Shown here piece by piece: positions 24,900 through 38,600 of a stretch of DNA of 59,227 nt. The DNA lies in the NCBI RefSeq assembly GCF_000002075.1, contig NW_004797372.1, forward strand, positions 248,396 to 307,622, read 5' to 3'. The stretch is from Aplysia californica. Its lineage: Eukaryota. The notes beneath the pieces were generated by a model. That model made no database searches. It was not told the DNA's origin and saw only the letters and a list, made by a program, of their open reading frames with translations. Position 1 is the stretch's first letter; every line of letters starts with the position of its first letter. The position numbers were made by a program, and so were the translations under genes.

Positions 24900-27369
24900 T
24901 TAATGAGGATCATCCTTTTGGTAAAGGAAAACCCTCTGGAGCTTCCTCTAAGATTTTCTTCACCATTTTTGATTCAATTTCTTTCGGAATGCTTTGCATC
25001 CGTCCAGGCGTCCTAGCCACGGTTGATCGGCCTGCTACATGGTCTATTAATGATTAACGTGGCTTTGGGGATGTTGTACTCATTTGAGGCCTTGATATTA
25101 CTAAGGCCGTTTTTGATGGCTTGGACAGCCTTCGTTTAGGTCGTCAGTTAAGTACTTTCTGTACAGCATTCTGTGAACAGAAATGAGTCTACGAAATTAT
25201 GTTTAGGGAAACGTGGTCAGGGATTTTAAGTGTTTTCAACATCAATTTTAAGTCTAAAATTGCATGGTGATTGCGTGGACGGACTTGAAGATCTTATTCA
25301 TTACTGCACTTTAAACTCCTGCTATATTATATACATGTATATTAATTCAAATAAAGAAAAGAAAAATATTTTAGGTTATCGATAGCTGAAATTAGGACTT
25401 GGGAAGACGAATTACAAAATTAAAAAAATATAAAAAATGAAGGTCGAAGTTGCCTCATCCTGGTCGAAGTTGTGCCAAGCCCGGGTCGAAATGAAACTTA
25501 CCCCAGGTCGAATTTAACTAATTTAGGCACACGAGTAAAATAACAGGGTGTTTAGGAAAACTGCCTGTCAGTAAATAAATAATGTTTATTTTTGTTAGCC
25601 AAAGAAATTTATTAATAATGAACGAAAGTGGGGTAAACGGATGAATTGGGTGGGCATGGTAGCGCACATCAGCGATTCGGGGGTCAGCGGTGACGCTGCA
25701 CATTGGCGCCTCCAAGTGGCAAATGGTTAAGAAGAGGCGATGCTTTGTGCATGTCTGTCTGAGTGACGTACTGCGTGCATGCACGCGCATGAGAGTGTGA
25801 GTACACAAGTCTGGTCACATTCCTGTGTTTGTATGTGTACGAGACGACAGCTTTTATGATCACTACCGTACATATTATTATATGTACCTTATTACATTGT
25901 ATATATTTTGTAAAATATACATGTTCATGCCCTTGACTCTTTTATGTTCTTGATTAATAAAAATGTTGTTACAATAAACTTAATAAAGTTTGTTTGATCT
26001 AATTTTGTTGAATGCCTAGTTTCAATAATATATCTCACTTTCTTTTGTGGGTGGTTAGTGGACGCTCGGGTCTAATTGATTTTTATTTCACGTCAAACTT
26101 CTCTATCGTCCTTTAACTCTTTCTTCCTTCTTTTGTTCTGTGTAATTACTCATTTGTAACACCTCTAGTCTTTGGCACAGTGGGTGGTGAGCGGGTGCTC
26201 TGGTGTGGTTTGCTTCTTCTTTCCTATCAAACATCTATTGTCCTTATCTCTCCTCCGTTTTTGTTACTCTCTTGTGACACCTCTAATCTTTGGCAGTTAG
26301 ATCTATATTATGAAATTATTGTGTTGCAAGTGCCGTAAAACACGTACTAAAACTAAAACTTTAAAAAATCTTTGACACTTAAAAGAGCAATGTTGCAAAT
26401 GCCCTAAAACTTAATAAAACTTAAAGGTAAACACTTTCTCACGCTAGTTTATGAAGCATGGCACTACATGTATCTTCTGTGATGTTCACTTGCCTTTTCC
26501 GAAAAAGGAAGTTTACCGACGGAAGGTTGAAAGATGTCACTTCCGACTTCTTTACTTTCCTCTGTTTCTGTCTGTCCTACCTTTTCTTAGCACTAAATTA
26601 CCATTATCGGGTCCTTGTGCTTCTCTTTACCCAAACAACCAAAGGGGGGATATTTATATGTTCTTTTGCACAGTAGAATTGTAAATGAGCTGATTTATCA
26701 ATGTCATGCTCCTACTGTGCCGGAACGACATAGGGGGAACTGCTGCTTTTTCTTTCCTCTTCCTTACTATCATCACTTCACCCCTACTTCATAGTACTTC
26801 TTTTGTGTGTTTGTCACTCTCTTGTGAACTGCTATTTCCGGGGTGCCTTGATAGTCGAAGCAGACTTTGTGCTGTTGAGGCTTGAGAGGTGAGCAGAGTA
26901 AGCCTGATTCCCCGTTTGGACTTCTCTGTTGACATCCACCCCTTGGCGCTCATATGACCTTATGCAGTTGCGAGTGCTGTAAAGCCTTACTAAAACTAAA
27001 ACTTTCCCTGTTTCTGTCTGTTCTACCTTTTCTTTGCACTAAACTACCATTATTGGGTCATTGTGCTTCGTTTTACTCAAACAAACAAACAAAGGAACTT
27101 TACTCTTGTCTCCTCACAATGCCTCCAGCCTCGTGCTGTTATTTACCGTACCTTTTACTTTGTCCGAATGATTGTGGTAGGGCTAACAGAACACACAGAT
27201 ATGAGTGGTTGGAGGGTGCCACTGGTTGGTCCTACTTCTTTTCTTTCCCTATTGTTCCTGCCTCTCTGCTTTTTTCCAGCTTTACGATTACTGTTCTGTG
27301 GCTTTTCTTTTTGCTTAAAAAATCCCATCCCAAAACCCAATAGATTACTACTTATTGCTGTGTGTCAAG

Positions 27370-27730
27370 GATCCTTTGGCATCTCATACAATGACCACGT
27401 CACAAATGAGGAAGAGCGCAGTAGAGAGAAACAACACATGAGTCACTATTTAGACTTGCTGTCTAGTGTGAAGGGAAGAAAAACAAATTGGTATGGTCAT
27501 GTAACAAGATCGTGTGGCCTATCTAAGACCATTCTTCAAGGAATTGCAGGGGGGGGGGGGGGGGGGTGGAGAAGGAGAGGAAGGCAAAGAAAGAGTTAGA
27601 CCGATACAATTGCAGAATGGACAGGGAAATCCTTCGCCCAAACTCAGGCGCTCGCAAAAGATTGAGAAAAGTGGCGACACCTGACAAGGCTCTCTATCAT
27701 ACAGAGCCCCTATGACCCTCGTGGATTACG
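27370..27730 (+). mobile_element. RTE-clade LINE 3' fragment
   Basis: GISYNDHVTNEE...KTNWYGHVTR...KTILQG...RRRGRQRKS.....EWTG is the typical RTE ORF C-terminus, here degraded. Confidence 0.85.
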
Positions 27731-27946
27731 GTATCCAGTAATCAGTAAGTATAGGAGACTGGCATCTGTGGTGTAGTGGTCAAGTGGTTCTCTGTCGCAT
27801 GAAGGAGACCTGATGTGAGAGACTATGCTGGGATGTTGTTTCCCTCTCAGCCTAGGTTGGCCCTGACAGTAGGCATGGTTGAGAAGTCGCCTCCTAAATG
27901 ATCTTGGTTGTGTTGATGGGGGCATAAAAACACCTGCTACATTTTA

Positions 27947-28126
27947 GTTTTAGTTTTAGTAAGAGTTTTACGGCGCTCGTAACTGCATAAGGTCATATGA
28001 GCGCCAGAAGATTAGAGGTGTTACAAGAGAGTAACAAACATAAAAGAGAAGAAGGGGAGATAAGGACGAAAGATGTTTGATAGGAAAGAAGAAGCAAACC
28101 ACACTAGAGCACCCGCCAACCACCCA
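27947..28126 (-). mobile_element. Short retroposon family A (~180 bp), representative copy; about 25 copies in the window (e.g. 8025, 8271, 10184, 10536, 10797, 11194, 12031, 12947, 13498, 14047, 15823, 26179, 28670, 41183, 43824, 44280, 51555, 54698, 58508)
   Basis: Starts GTGGGTGGTTGGCGGGTGCT, ends GGC(A/G)CT..ATGACCT..GTTGC(A/G)AG(T/C)GCCGTAAAA plus (ACTAAA)n; 13-bp TSD CTGCTACATTTTA at this copy and 12-bp TSD TGTTAGAATCTG at the 28670 copy. Confidence 0.9.
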
Positions 28127-28143
28127 CTGCTACATTTTAAAAA

Positions 28144-28389
28144 CTCCCAGCAGTTCATGCAGTGCTATATCGTATAAATATATACAATGTAAAAAATATA
28201 TATACGATGGCCGGTGATGTAGTTTTTCGCCCATAAAATACATTTACTTTTATAAATAATAAAGTTCCATTTGTATATGATATATATATATCTATCTGGA
28301 GCAGATAGATTATTGTATGAGGCTTGAGGGTATGGGGGACCCCTGAAACAAATGAAAAAGCCAAAAGAGGCAAAAGGGCTGGGAGTTAA
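28144..28389. mobile_element. Possible small TTAA-type MITE
   Basis: CTCCCAGC ... GCTGGGAG|TTAA short inverted ends; the left TTAA is imperfect. Confidence 0.4.
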
Positions 28390-28977
28390 TGGATGAGATG
28401 CTGACTGGTGTCAGTGGTGTAATGGTGGTAAAGCTTTTTGCTGGTGCATAATGCATCTGGAAGATTGTTCTAGAGTGCAGAAGTCATTTTGCCGAGTATT
28501 TCTATCTGTCTGCTGGGATATGGTATCCTTTCAGCCCAGGCTGGCCTTGACAGACCAGGGTAAAAGCAATCTGCTTCTCTACTTTCAAACCATCTAAATT
28601 GTGTCAATGAGGGCGTAAATGACTTAACATAAAGAGCTCTATTATATAAGGGATGTTAGAATCTGTTTTGGTAAGAGTTTTGCGGCACTTGCAACAAAAA
28701 ACAGGTCATATAAGTGCCAAAATTAGAGGTGTGACAAGATTAGAGAGTGACAAACATATATATAAAAAAAGGAGGGGAGATCAGGACGATAGATGTTAAA
28801 CAGAAAAGAAGAAGCAAGCTACACCAGAGCACCCGACAACCACCTACTGTTAGAATCTGAGGTAGACCAGTAGGCAACACAACTTTACTCAAAATGAAAG
28901 AATAAAACACCTACTATTTTTGGAGAAAAAAAAGCAACAAAAAACAGAAACAATTTTATATATATAAAAGGCTAGGC

Positions 28978-31616
28978 CTACTTGTCATTTATTTTCGTTT
29001 TCTTTTTCTTTTTCACTTTTTTCATGGGGCAGACAATAACAAAAGGCGCCATATCTTGTGTGATGTATTCAGCCAAAAGGGCGACAAGTTCCGTCACACT
29101 GCGCCTCTCTCTGTAAGCTGACACGACAGCTTCTTTGAGCCCAGGTACGAAGGTGTCGCTCTTGACCCCCACAGCGAGAGGTTGTGGACGTCCGACGCTG
29201 AGGAGAAAGCGCAAGATGTGAAGAGGAAATGTGAACTCCGTCAAAACTGAAATCGCTGAAAAAGAAACTTTAACATGATGTCACGGTCAGAGGCTACTGT
29301 GTGCACCTAACACTTGAGGAACTGATCGATGATGATGCCATCCGCAGAGAGTTTGAGGAACAGAATGAGAGAAGGGCTTTTTTGAGAGATGAAAGTCTCC
29401 TGCCCCTTTACTCGATAACAATCCCAAGTTTTAAGGAACAAAAGGTGCATTACAATACATTTTACGAATTTAGACTGATGTTGCGAATATAAAGTGAATA
29501 GCAATACTGCACAAATGGTGCTACATTTTGGTTTTCTGAGTGTTAGTGAGGGTTGCCGGATGAGTGTGACAATCAGGTTGAGCGAGTCAAACTGTATCCG
29601 CATTCTTCACTCCAACTTTTCTGACTAATTTTATCTCAACCACTTGGACTTGGACAACTTACACACTCTTCGGCCATTTGAACTTCTACTCAAAACTGAG
29701 CACTGGGAAAAATGATAAGGAAATACTTGTGGGTGTTTGGAGGTTGCCACTGTTGTCACTCTTTCTCCTGAGCATTTAATGACCATTATTGCTCCACATG
29801 CTTTTCTTTACACAACAAATTATTTTTACCCCCTGGGGCAGTGCCACTGACTGTAGTGTCTTTAGGCCATTCCCAAAGGGGGGACATTTCTCATTCAAGA
29901 ACAGTAGAATTGTAAATGGGCTGATTCATGTCACGCTCATAACCGTGCCTGATCTACAACAGGGAACTGCTGCTTTTTCTTTCCTAATTCTTACTATTGT
30001 CATTTTCCTCTACTTCTTTTGTATGTTTGTCACACTCTTGTGACCTGCTATTTCAGGGGTGCCTTGATAGTTGAAGCAGACCTTGTGCTGTTGAAGCTAG
30101 AGAGGTGAGCAGAATAAGTCTGATTCCCTGTAAAGACTACTCTGTTGACACCCACCCCTTGGCGCTCATATGACCTTATGCAGTTGCGAGCGCCGTAAAC
30201 CCCTCTACTATAAAAAAAATAAACAAAACAATTTATGGCCATTATTGTTTTGAAGTGCTTCTCTATACTCAAAGATTGATTGTTATTGTGTCAATGTGTT
30301 TCCCTTTACTAAAAAAATGCAGAAGAAAAAAATAAAAAGAGGAAAAGACTCACTGTACACAGGGCCACAAAGATGTAGCCTTGATCATCACTTGAATGTG
30401 CACGTGCTGACACAGGACTGTGAACCCCAGAAGTTCAAGGACGTTCTCTCCCTGACGCTCAAGAGAGTAGGTCACGTTACTGACGGTGCTGGACTCGGGA
30501 GTTGTTGAGCTTTTATCTGTGGACGACATGAAGGTTGAGCAGCAAGTTAAAATAAATGAGATTTAAGTTAGCTCAAAGAAGAAACATTAAAAGAACAAAA
30601 TGCAAAAGATGTTTCAATACCATACAGTGGAATCCACTTATAACGAGTCCTGAAATAACGAGAAGTCTGTTATAAAGACACTATTCTAAAACCCCGTTTT
30701 TTCCCCTTCTTTATCTTTGTAAATAAAATACTGCTATTTAACGCAATTAGACAAACATGTGAGTTGGTTATAGCGGAATATTGATGTTGCTGTGCACAGC
30801 AAAACCTCGCCAGTTGTTGGTGATCTTGCAAAACAAAGAATGGGAAAGCCCACGTGTGCTAACAATGAAGGCGGAGCGAATGAATGGGGAGGATGTGGTA
30901 TGCACAGACAAGCAGAACTCATCGCGTGATAGGCCAGCCTAGTCTAGATTATTTAGGCCTATCACGCCTCTCACTTCTCCGATGCGGAGATGGAGAGGTC
31001 ACAACGATGTGACTGTGATGGATGGAGCGAATGTGTGGCATGCACAGGAAGACGGAACGCACCACAGGGTGTGGTGGGGTGGGGGGACAACACAGCGGAC
31101 GAGTTAGCCTAGAGAACTTTATTTCTGATCGCCGACACTGAGCTGTCAACATCGCTAGCGCTAGAGAAAGAAACCTTATTCGATTTTTGATCAAATAAGA
31201 CCTAGAGATCATGTTGAACCAAATCATCATCAGGGGAGATTACAAAAAGAAATGAACAGACAACCAGACTCATAGATTCGGCCTACTGCACGTTTTCCCT
31301 TAAATTTATTACTGGATTCCTAATAACGAGAATCCCGCTATAACGGATGTTTTGCACTGGTCCCCTCCCTCTCGTTACAACTACAACAGGATTCCACTGT
31401 ATTACATTTCTGAATAGTACAAACGTTCCCCACTGATACTCTGTCTAAGAAGGTGAATATATTATGCTGTGACAAAAATCTAAATCTGAACCAACATGGA
31501 GCTCCTAAGGAACCGTAACATGTTGCTCAAGGGTCAAATTACAAAAGGGCTATTATGATCACAGAAGCAGGTTAATTTGTAAAAAAAATTGAGGCTTTAT
31601 TTCACTAGACAGGAAT

Positions 31617-31711
<95 letters not shown>

Positions 31712-34700
31712 GACCTTATTTAGGCCACACTGTGGCCTAAATAAGCTAAACCCCCCTCCCTTACCTTATTTAGGCCACACTGAGGCCCAAATAAGCTAAA
31801 CCCCCCTCCCTTATCTTATTTAGGCCACATCATATGGTAGGTTTCTTGAACTAACCATGGATTCGGAAGGTCGAGATTCTAATTCTACTGATCTTTTTAT
31901 TTAGTGCGGTGGATTATTTCAAAATAGAGGATGATACTAAATGATAAGTGGACCAAGAGTAAGAGTTGTGTGTCTGTGTGTGTGAGTATGTGTTTGTTTT
32001 GTGTGTGGTTGTGGTGAGAGAGAGAGAGATCTAGAGAGACAGAGTAAATGCAATAGTGTGTTTGTATGTGTGTAGGTGTGTAATGTGTGAATGTTATTGT
32101 GTACATGAGTGTCTATCTCAGTTGTACGGTCCAAATGTACATTATTTTGTTGAGAATTTTACATAGAACTCAACTACAAAGCACCTTTATACAAATTCAC
32201 AGAAATATTCTTTTTGTGCTTATTGAGGTGCAGTACATGGTGATTTTACCTGCAAGGATTTAATTGGACAAAATGGGCAATATCTTTATAATGCTAATAC
32301 TAATGGTCATATTTAGACAAATCCTATATCATTCTCTTTTTTTCTTAACAGCTCATGGTTATTAAAGAGTAAGCAAACTAGATCAAGGTAGTAATTTCGG
32401 ATTCCTAATATTATGGGCATTCTTTAAAATTGTTAACTTTTTAGCGCTTTTCTCAACATAAAACGGATTGGGTTAAAAAACAACAACAACAATGACCTTA
32501 TCTTTCTTTTTCAAGGTATTGTGCATACATCTGTGTGAAACTATTATATTCTATGCTTTCAAGTACATGAAAAAAGCTAATAAAGTCAAGTAAAATGTTC
32601 TTCAGAGACATAGATCTAGTAGTAGGCCCACTGGAACATTTTATAAACCGTGAAAAGATTACCAGAAAATAACAAAATTATCTTATGATCTTCACTTGCA
32701 CTTGCATTTTTTTGTACAAATTATAGTCTACCTCATTATCTTTTTTTCCCCACATTTTTCTTCACTATTCATGACAACTGGCATGTTTTTCAGTTATTAT
32801 CAAGGAAGTGGATAGGCGGACCACGGGGTCTATCTAGCCCCAAAAGGATAGGTGGACCCCGGGGTCTACATAACAAAATGCTGTTTTAGGATGTGAACCC
32901 CGGAGTCAGCGGAGTGAAATAAGTAGATCTAGGTTTAACTAAGGATCGGTGGACCCCGGCGTCAACATAGTGAAATAAGTAGATCTCAGTCTATTTTATA
33001 ATAGGACTGGCGGAGCCCGTGGTCAACGTAGTGAAATTATAAGTAGATCTAGGTTTAATAAGGATTGGTGGACCCCGGGTCAACGTAGTGAAATAAGTAC
33101 ACGTAGATCTAGGTTTAATTTTAAAGATTGGTGGACCCTAGAGTCAACGTAGTGAAATAGGTAGGTTTAAGGTGGACCCCAGGGTCTACCTAACGAAATA
33201 CTAGTTAGGTTTTAGAATAGGTGGACCATGCAGTCACCGTAGTAAAATAAGTAGGTTTAATCACGGTGTCCCGGGGGTCCACCAATCCTTAATTAAACCT
33301 TCTTATTCTTCTACGGCTATGGTGTCTCCGGGGTCCACCAATCCTTTTAAAATTAAACCTACTTATTTCACTACGATGACCCCGGGGTCCAACGATCTTT
33401 AAAGAAACCTAGAGAATCTACTTATTTCACTACGGTGACCCCGGGGTCCACCTGTCCTAAAACCTAGTATTTTGCTAGATAGACCCCGAGCCCCGGGGTC
33501 CACCTTAAACCTGCTTATTTATCACTACGTTGACCCCGGGGTCCACCAATCCTTACTTAAACCAAACCTTATTTCACTACGGTGACTCCGGTATTCACAC
33601 CCTAAAACCTAGTATTCCGCTATGCAGACCCCGGAGTCCACCTATCCTCTGCAGGACTATACTATTATCAATTTGCAATTTTCATTGATTAGCATATTTA
33701 AAAAAAAAATTGAATCAGAGACTCACTGTCTAAAAAGTCCACTGTTAATGCTATTCTTATCAAAGAAAAGGCACAATTTGACTTTATGACATGTTAAAAA
33801 AAAAAGAGTTTTAAAAATATCCAGAAAATAAAATAAAATGATTATATAGATCTAGATCTAAACGTATTTTATTATGTATATATATATACTTAAAAGTAAA
33901 AGACTGAGCAGAGGCTTACAATGCAAATTCTGTGCTCTACAAGTAGATTAGTAGAGAAAGTCTTAAGTTTGCGCAAAACAGATTTTAGAAAAAAAAGTTG
34001 GATCTAATTATTCTAATAATAGTAAAAGTGATTGTTATGGTGAGATTTGTTATTATTAACTCTAGAAATACAGATAGTTGCTGAATCTAAAATTAACTAG
34101 AACTGTACAATTCGTTTTATTTCAATTCCAAAGCCCAAAGGCATAGCAATGAGTTAGATCTAGATCTAGCAGTTGTAGGCTCTCTGGCTGCTTCTAGAAT
34201 AGGCCTGCTACTACTGATTCTAGACAGGGAATCTAGATCTAGCTATCACCTGCACTATTAAAGTCAAATATATGGTAAAATAAAAACAAAACTGTGAATC
34301 CCTTTATCAGTCAGTACATCCCAATTGCCATAGTCGCACGTATTAATAATTATACCGAAGCAACACGTTATCACAGTGTTCAGGGGAGAGTGGGGTGCCC
34401 GGGTCGCTGATCAGTCGATTCGGTGGTTTGGCTTTTGTAGATCTATGCATTCATTTATTATTTTTTTTGCGGAAAGCCCTATTACTAGATCTATTAGTGT
34501 TGTGAAAACTTTAACCTCTACAGCTAAGGCGTCAAAGGATGTTGGAAAATAATAATACGTCCTGAAGTTTCATAACTTATACAGAATAACACAGCCAGTA
34601 GTTTTTATTTCATCGAGTTTTAAAAATGGCCTTGTAACTTGTTAGTTTTCAGAAGCAAATTTTAATAGTTCCAGTTCTACCGAATCGATTTTCACGCAAA

Positions 34701-35241
34701 TTCAACCATTTTGATGACCTTTCTTTTCCTTTTAAAAAGATGTAGGCCTGTCGGATGTGGCAGTGCGATTAACACTAAGTTGTTTAGACCCATCAAAACA
34801 CGAGGCTTCGTGGCCGATCACAAAGGTCTACGGGGCTCATCGAGGCCGATTCGCCCTGCCGCGTGCACGTTCACTAAACTGCCTACTAGATAGAATCTAC
34901 TACCAAAGATTCTCTACACGATCTTTGCTACTACTACTACTAGATCTACATGTACTACTACGAGACTGTACGAGGGATGTACTAGTACGAGACAGTACGA
35001 GAGAGTGCCACCCAGCCAAAGATAGTGTAACTTTGACTCAGCCACGTTGTGTACACACTTTTTATACCCCAAATTTGACCCGGAAGTCCATTCGGAGGAT
35101 TTGACCTTTTCACTTGACCAAAGTGTGCCAAAATGGTAGCCTAGATTTTGTCCCTCCATAAAGGAAAAATCTGGCCCTCATTCAAACTTTTGGGGTTGAG
35201 CAAAATTTTGCGTATCATGCTTTGTTCTTACAATATCATTA

Positions 35242-35310
<69 letters not shown>

Positions 35311-35533
35311 TTGTACACTGAGACAAAACTGTACTAAATGAGAAGGGTGCACCATTATGAAAGTGGAACGAACTCAGTTGCCTGAAAAGGGTGTCCCCCG
35401 GTAGTTTGAGCATGTGTGGCCTAAATAAGCTAAACCCCCCTCCCTTACCTTATTTAGGCCACACTGAGGCCCAAATAAGCTAAACCCCCCTCCCTTACCT
35501 TATTTAGGCCATATGTGGCCTAAATAAGCACTC

Positions 35534-35612
<79 letters not shown>

Positions 35613-38600
35613 ATGATCCCAGACCTACTGCCCACACCCCAGGACAATGTCCAGCACCTACCTGTCTCTGAATGGGCTGCTCTCAGTTGTCTTAGGCTTT
35701 CTGACCACATTTTTAACGTGGAGTAACTTGCTGGTAGACAATCTGAAATACAGTACCGTACATGAATATATATTACAATGATAATTAGTCCCTACACAGA
35801 TCAGAAAGGCTAAAGAGACAGAGGTAAACCACAAATCACCTACTTAGAGTCAGAGAACGTGAACAGATGGTTGATGGGGAGAGAATATTAGACACAATAC
35901 AGGATTTTATATTTTGCATCCAAGTTGCGAACCAAGACTGCTGATACTTGTATCACATCTGGCAGTTGAGGGGGATAGCAGTCAATAATAGATACAACAT
36001 ATCTTTGACTAAACCGACTTGAGTTTGAGACAAGTGAGTCAAAAAAAGTCTCAACCATATCTGGGAATAAAATCATGACTTGCCTCAAATTGTGTTTAAA
36101 TGCCTCTTCATGGAGGAAAATCTGATCAACCCCCTGCATAATCCAACTGGACTTGATTAGCAGTGTATATTAGGCATTACGAATCTATTTGCTTTGACTT
36201 TGACAATATTCCTACATTATAATAATAACAACAAAAAGCATTTATGCTGCGCATTTCCATTTTCTAAAAAATGCTCAATGCGCATTGGAGTCTGTCACAT
36301 GCAAAAATATATTTGAAAATAAATTTCAGCCTAAAGGCAAAATCTTAATAACCACAAAATCATTTCTGCAAAATACTCCAGAGTGCTTCAAACTCAATAA
36401 AAACGCCTCACCAGTGAGAAGATCATTTTGTTCTTGAACAAATTGATTTTCCATCTTTCGTCTCTCGTATTCCTTTTGTTTGTCCTTGATCTTCAGCTCG
36501 ATGTGGTGGATCTCCTTTACCAGAGGCAGGATGTACCTGTAGCTGATCAAGACAAGCATTTGGATTGATCATTATACAAAAATGGAAATCAGTCATATCT
36601 ACTTTTAAAATTTGAAAAATCCTTTGTCCCTATCACCTTTCTTAAAATTAGAAAATTGAGATACAAAGACTTGAAAAGGTGTAGTTATTAAAAATATACA
36701 AACCTTCAGCATCTCCTTCTGTGCACGTTGGAATATGCGTTGACGTTACCTTTACCGTCCAGTAACAACTTTTACCATTTATGACTAACACTTTTCAATG
36801 TAATCTCACGCATTGGTCGTCTGTTTTATCCTTCGTCTTTTTTTCCCCACTTTCAGAATCTAAAAGAGCCACCAGGAACAATACACACGCTTAGTCATAA
36901 TATGACGATTTTTTACTATACCGTTCAGATGTACAAACACATATATGACTAACACCAATAGTTTCCTCTCATCTGTTTCTGAATATTAACGCACATTAGT
37001 GCAGTGAGTCGGTATTTCTGGGTTTTTTCACCACTCATTCAATGCCTTTGCAGTCATACCCCTGATCGGAGAATTCTTTACAAAACTGTGGTGTTTTGTT
37101 CTATTATCAGCGAAAGCCCCCCCACCCCCTTTTCCAAAGACAGACATAAAATATTATGGTTGCATCCCTTCCACCTTCAACAGGTTCACACAAACCCATG
37201 CTATGTGTAAACGCATGCCGAGCAGACCCCTTGATGAGCACTGTGCATTTAGGAGGAGAGTACTGTATTAGATTAACGCACATACACATAACATATGTTC
37301 AATAAGAACTGTAAAATGGCTGCCACATTCAAATGAAACAAATCCTGTTGATATGTCAAATCTTAAAAAGCCAAAGAAACCACTTACTGTTTCAATATAG
37401 CACCTGATGGCTGAATAGGTTCTTTGATCTGAAGTCTCTCAACAAGCTCTCCATGTTCTTGTGTAAAGTTTGACAATGATTCATCTGCTTCATTTTGATC
37501 AACTTTTATCTGTGAAATAATCACAATGTAATTATTAATTAATAGGCTAATATGGTGGCGTATCGAACAGAAATTTTCAGGATTGCTGATTTTCAGTTTA
37601 AGAGAGGTTGGGCATACAGAAGAGGGATGAACAGAATTTGGAAGTGAGAGAGACAAGAGAGTGGTGTTTGGGGGGGGGGGGGGGGGGGAGATGCAAGTGT
37701 CCACAGATTGCAAAACTGACACGAGTTAGCTCTCTCACTGCATTCCTAAGTACGAGTTAGCTACACTACAACTATCACTATTGATATTTTTGTTTATTCC
37801 CACATGTACAAAAGTGAAAATGTACGTTGTAAACAGGCTGTCATTTAACCCATATCCGTACGTCGTGTTTTACTAATCGTATCCATACGACGAGGGGAGC
37901 TCTGTGCCACCACTTTCCAAAGAGGAAATTAAATCTATTAAATCCTTTCCGTACGCTTTGCATAGCAGTCAGTCAAAATGATTTTTTGAGAAATACTGAA
38001 AGTATCACAAAGAGATCTTCGTATGAGAAGTATTCTAAAATGTGAAGAATACAAATACAACCCTGAGGGTACACAATAACGACAATGCACCCCGAGGTGT
38101 AGGCCTACGGATAGGGTTAAAAAATCCCTAGAGCCTGGATCAAGAAATAGAAAAGAAAACTGAAACATTAGGTTAATATTGACGCAGAATCTAGGGCAAT
38201 TGTTAAGATTCCCGCATTTAAATTCCGATGTGTGTTTTTCATAGCCTGAGTGCCTCAGGCATGTTTTGCTTTGGTCCCTAGCCCTAACCCTGACCCTAAA
38301 TCTAGATCTAACCCTAACCCTGAAAAACGCATATCGGAATTAAACGCGGTCTTAACAATCGCCGAATCTAGTTTAGTGAAAAGTGTTACAACAATGAATG
38401 GGTGCATCATATGTAATTTTTTGAAAGAATGACAGTGAGCATTTTTTTAAACTTCGAAATAGATCAACGGTAACATGTAACTACAATCCATCAATGATTC
38501 CATTTGATATTGTATCAAATAGATCTAGATCTAGATCTAGAAAAACTAGGTCTTGATCTACTATAGATCGCTACACCGGCACTGGCACCTGCCGTATCGC

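Larger units (their letters stand above)
21480..25170 (-). mobile_element. Degenerate pogo/Tigger-type transposase remnant, split by the piggyBac insertion
   Basis: 24904-25170 encodes a psq-like HTH (AVQAIKNG...ASNEYNIPKATL). The reading resumes after the TTAA at 21850 with ARRLAKKLNLK...YWRDFKKRYPELTIRK and then IWNMDETGL. Confidence 0.8.

Noticed and set aside
35888-36139. 83-aa ORF in intron 3 of the orphan gene as an extra exon
   Set aside because: Exons 3 and 4 already join in frame, and I found no convincing splice sites or family motif.
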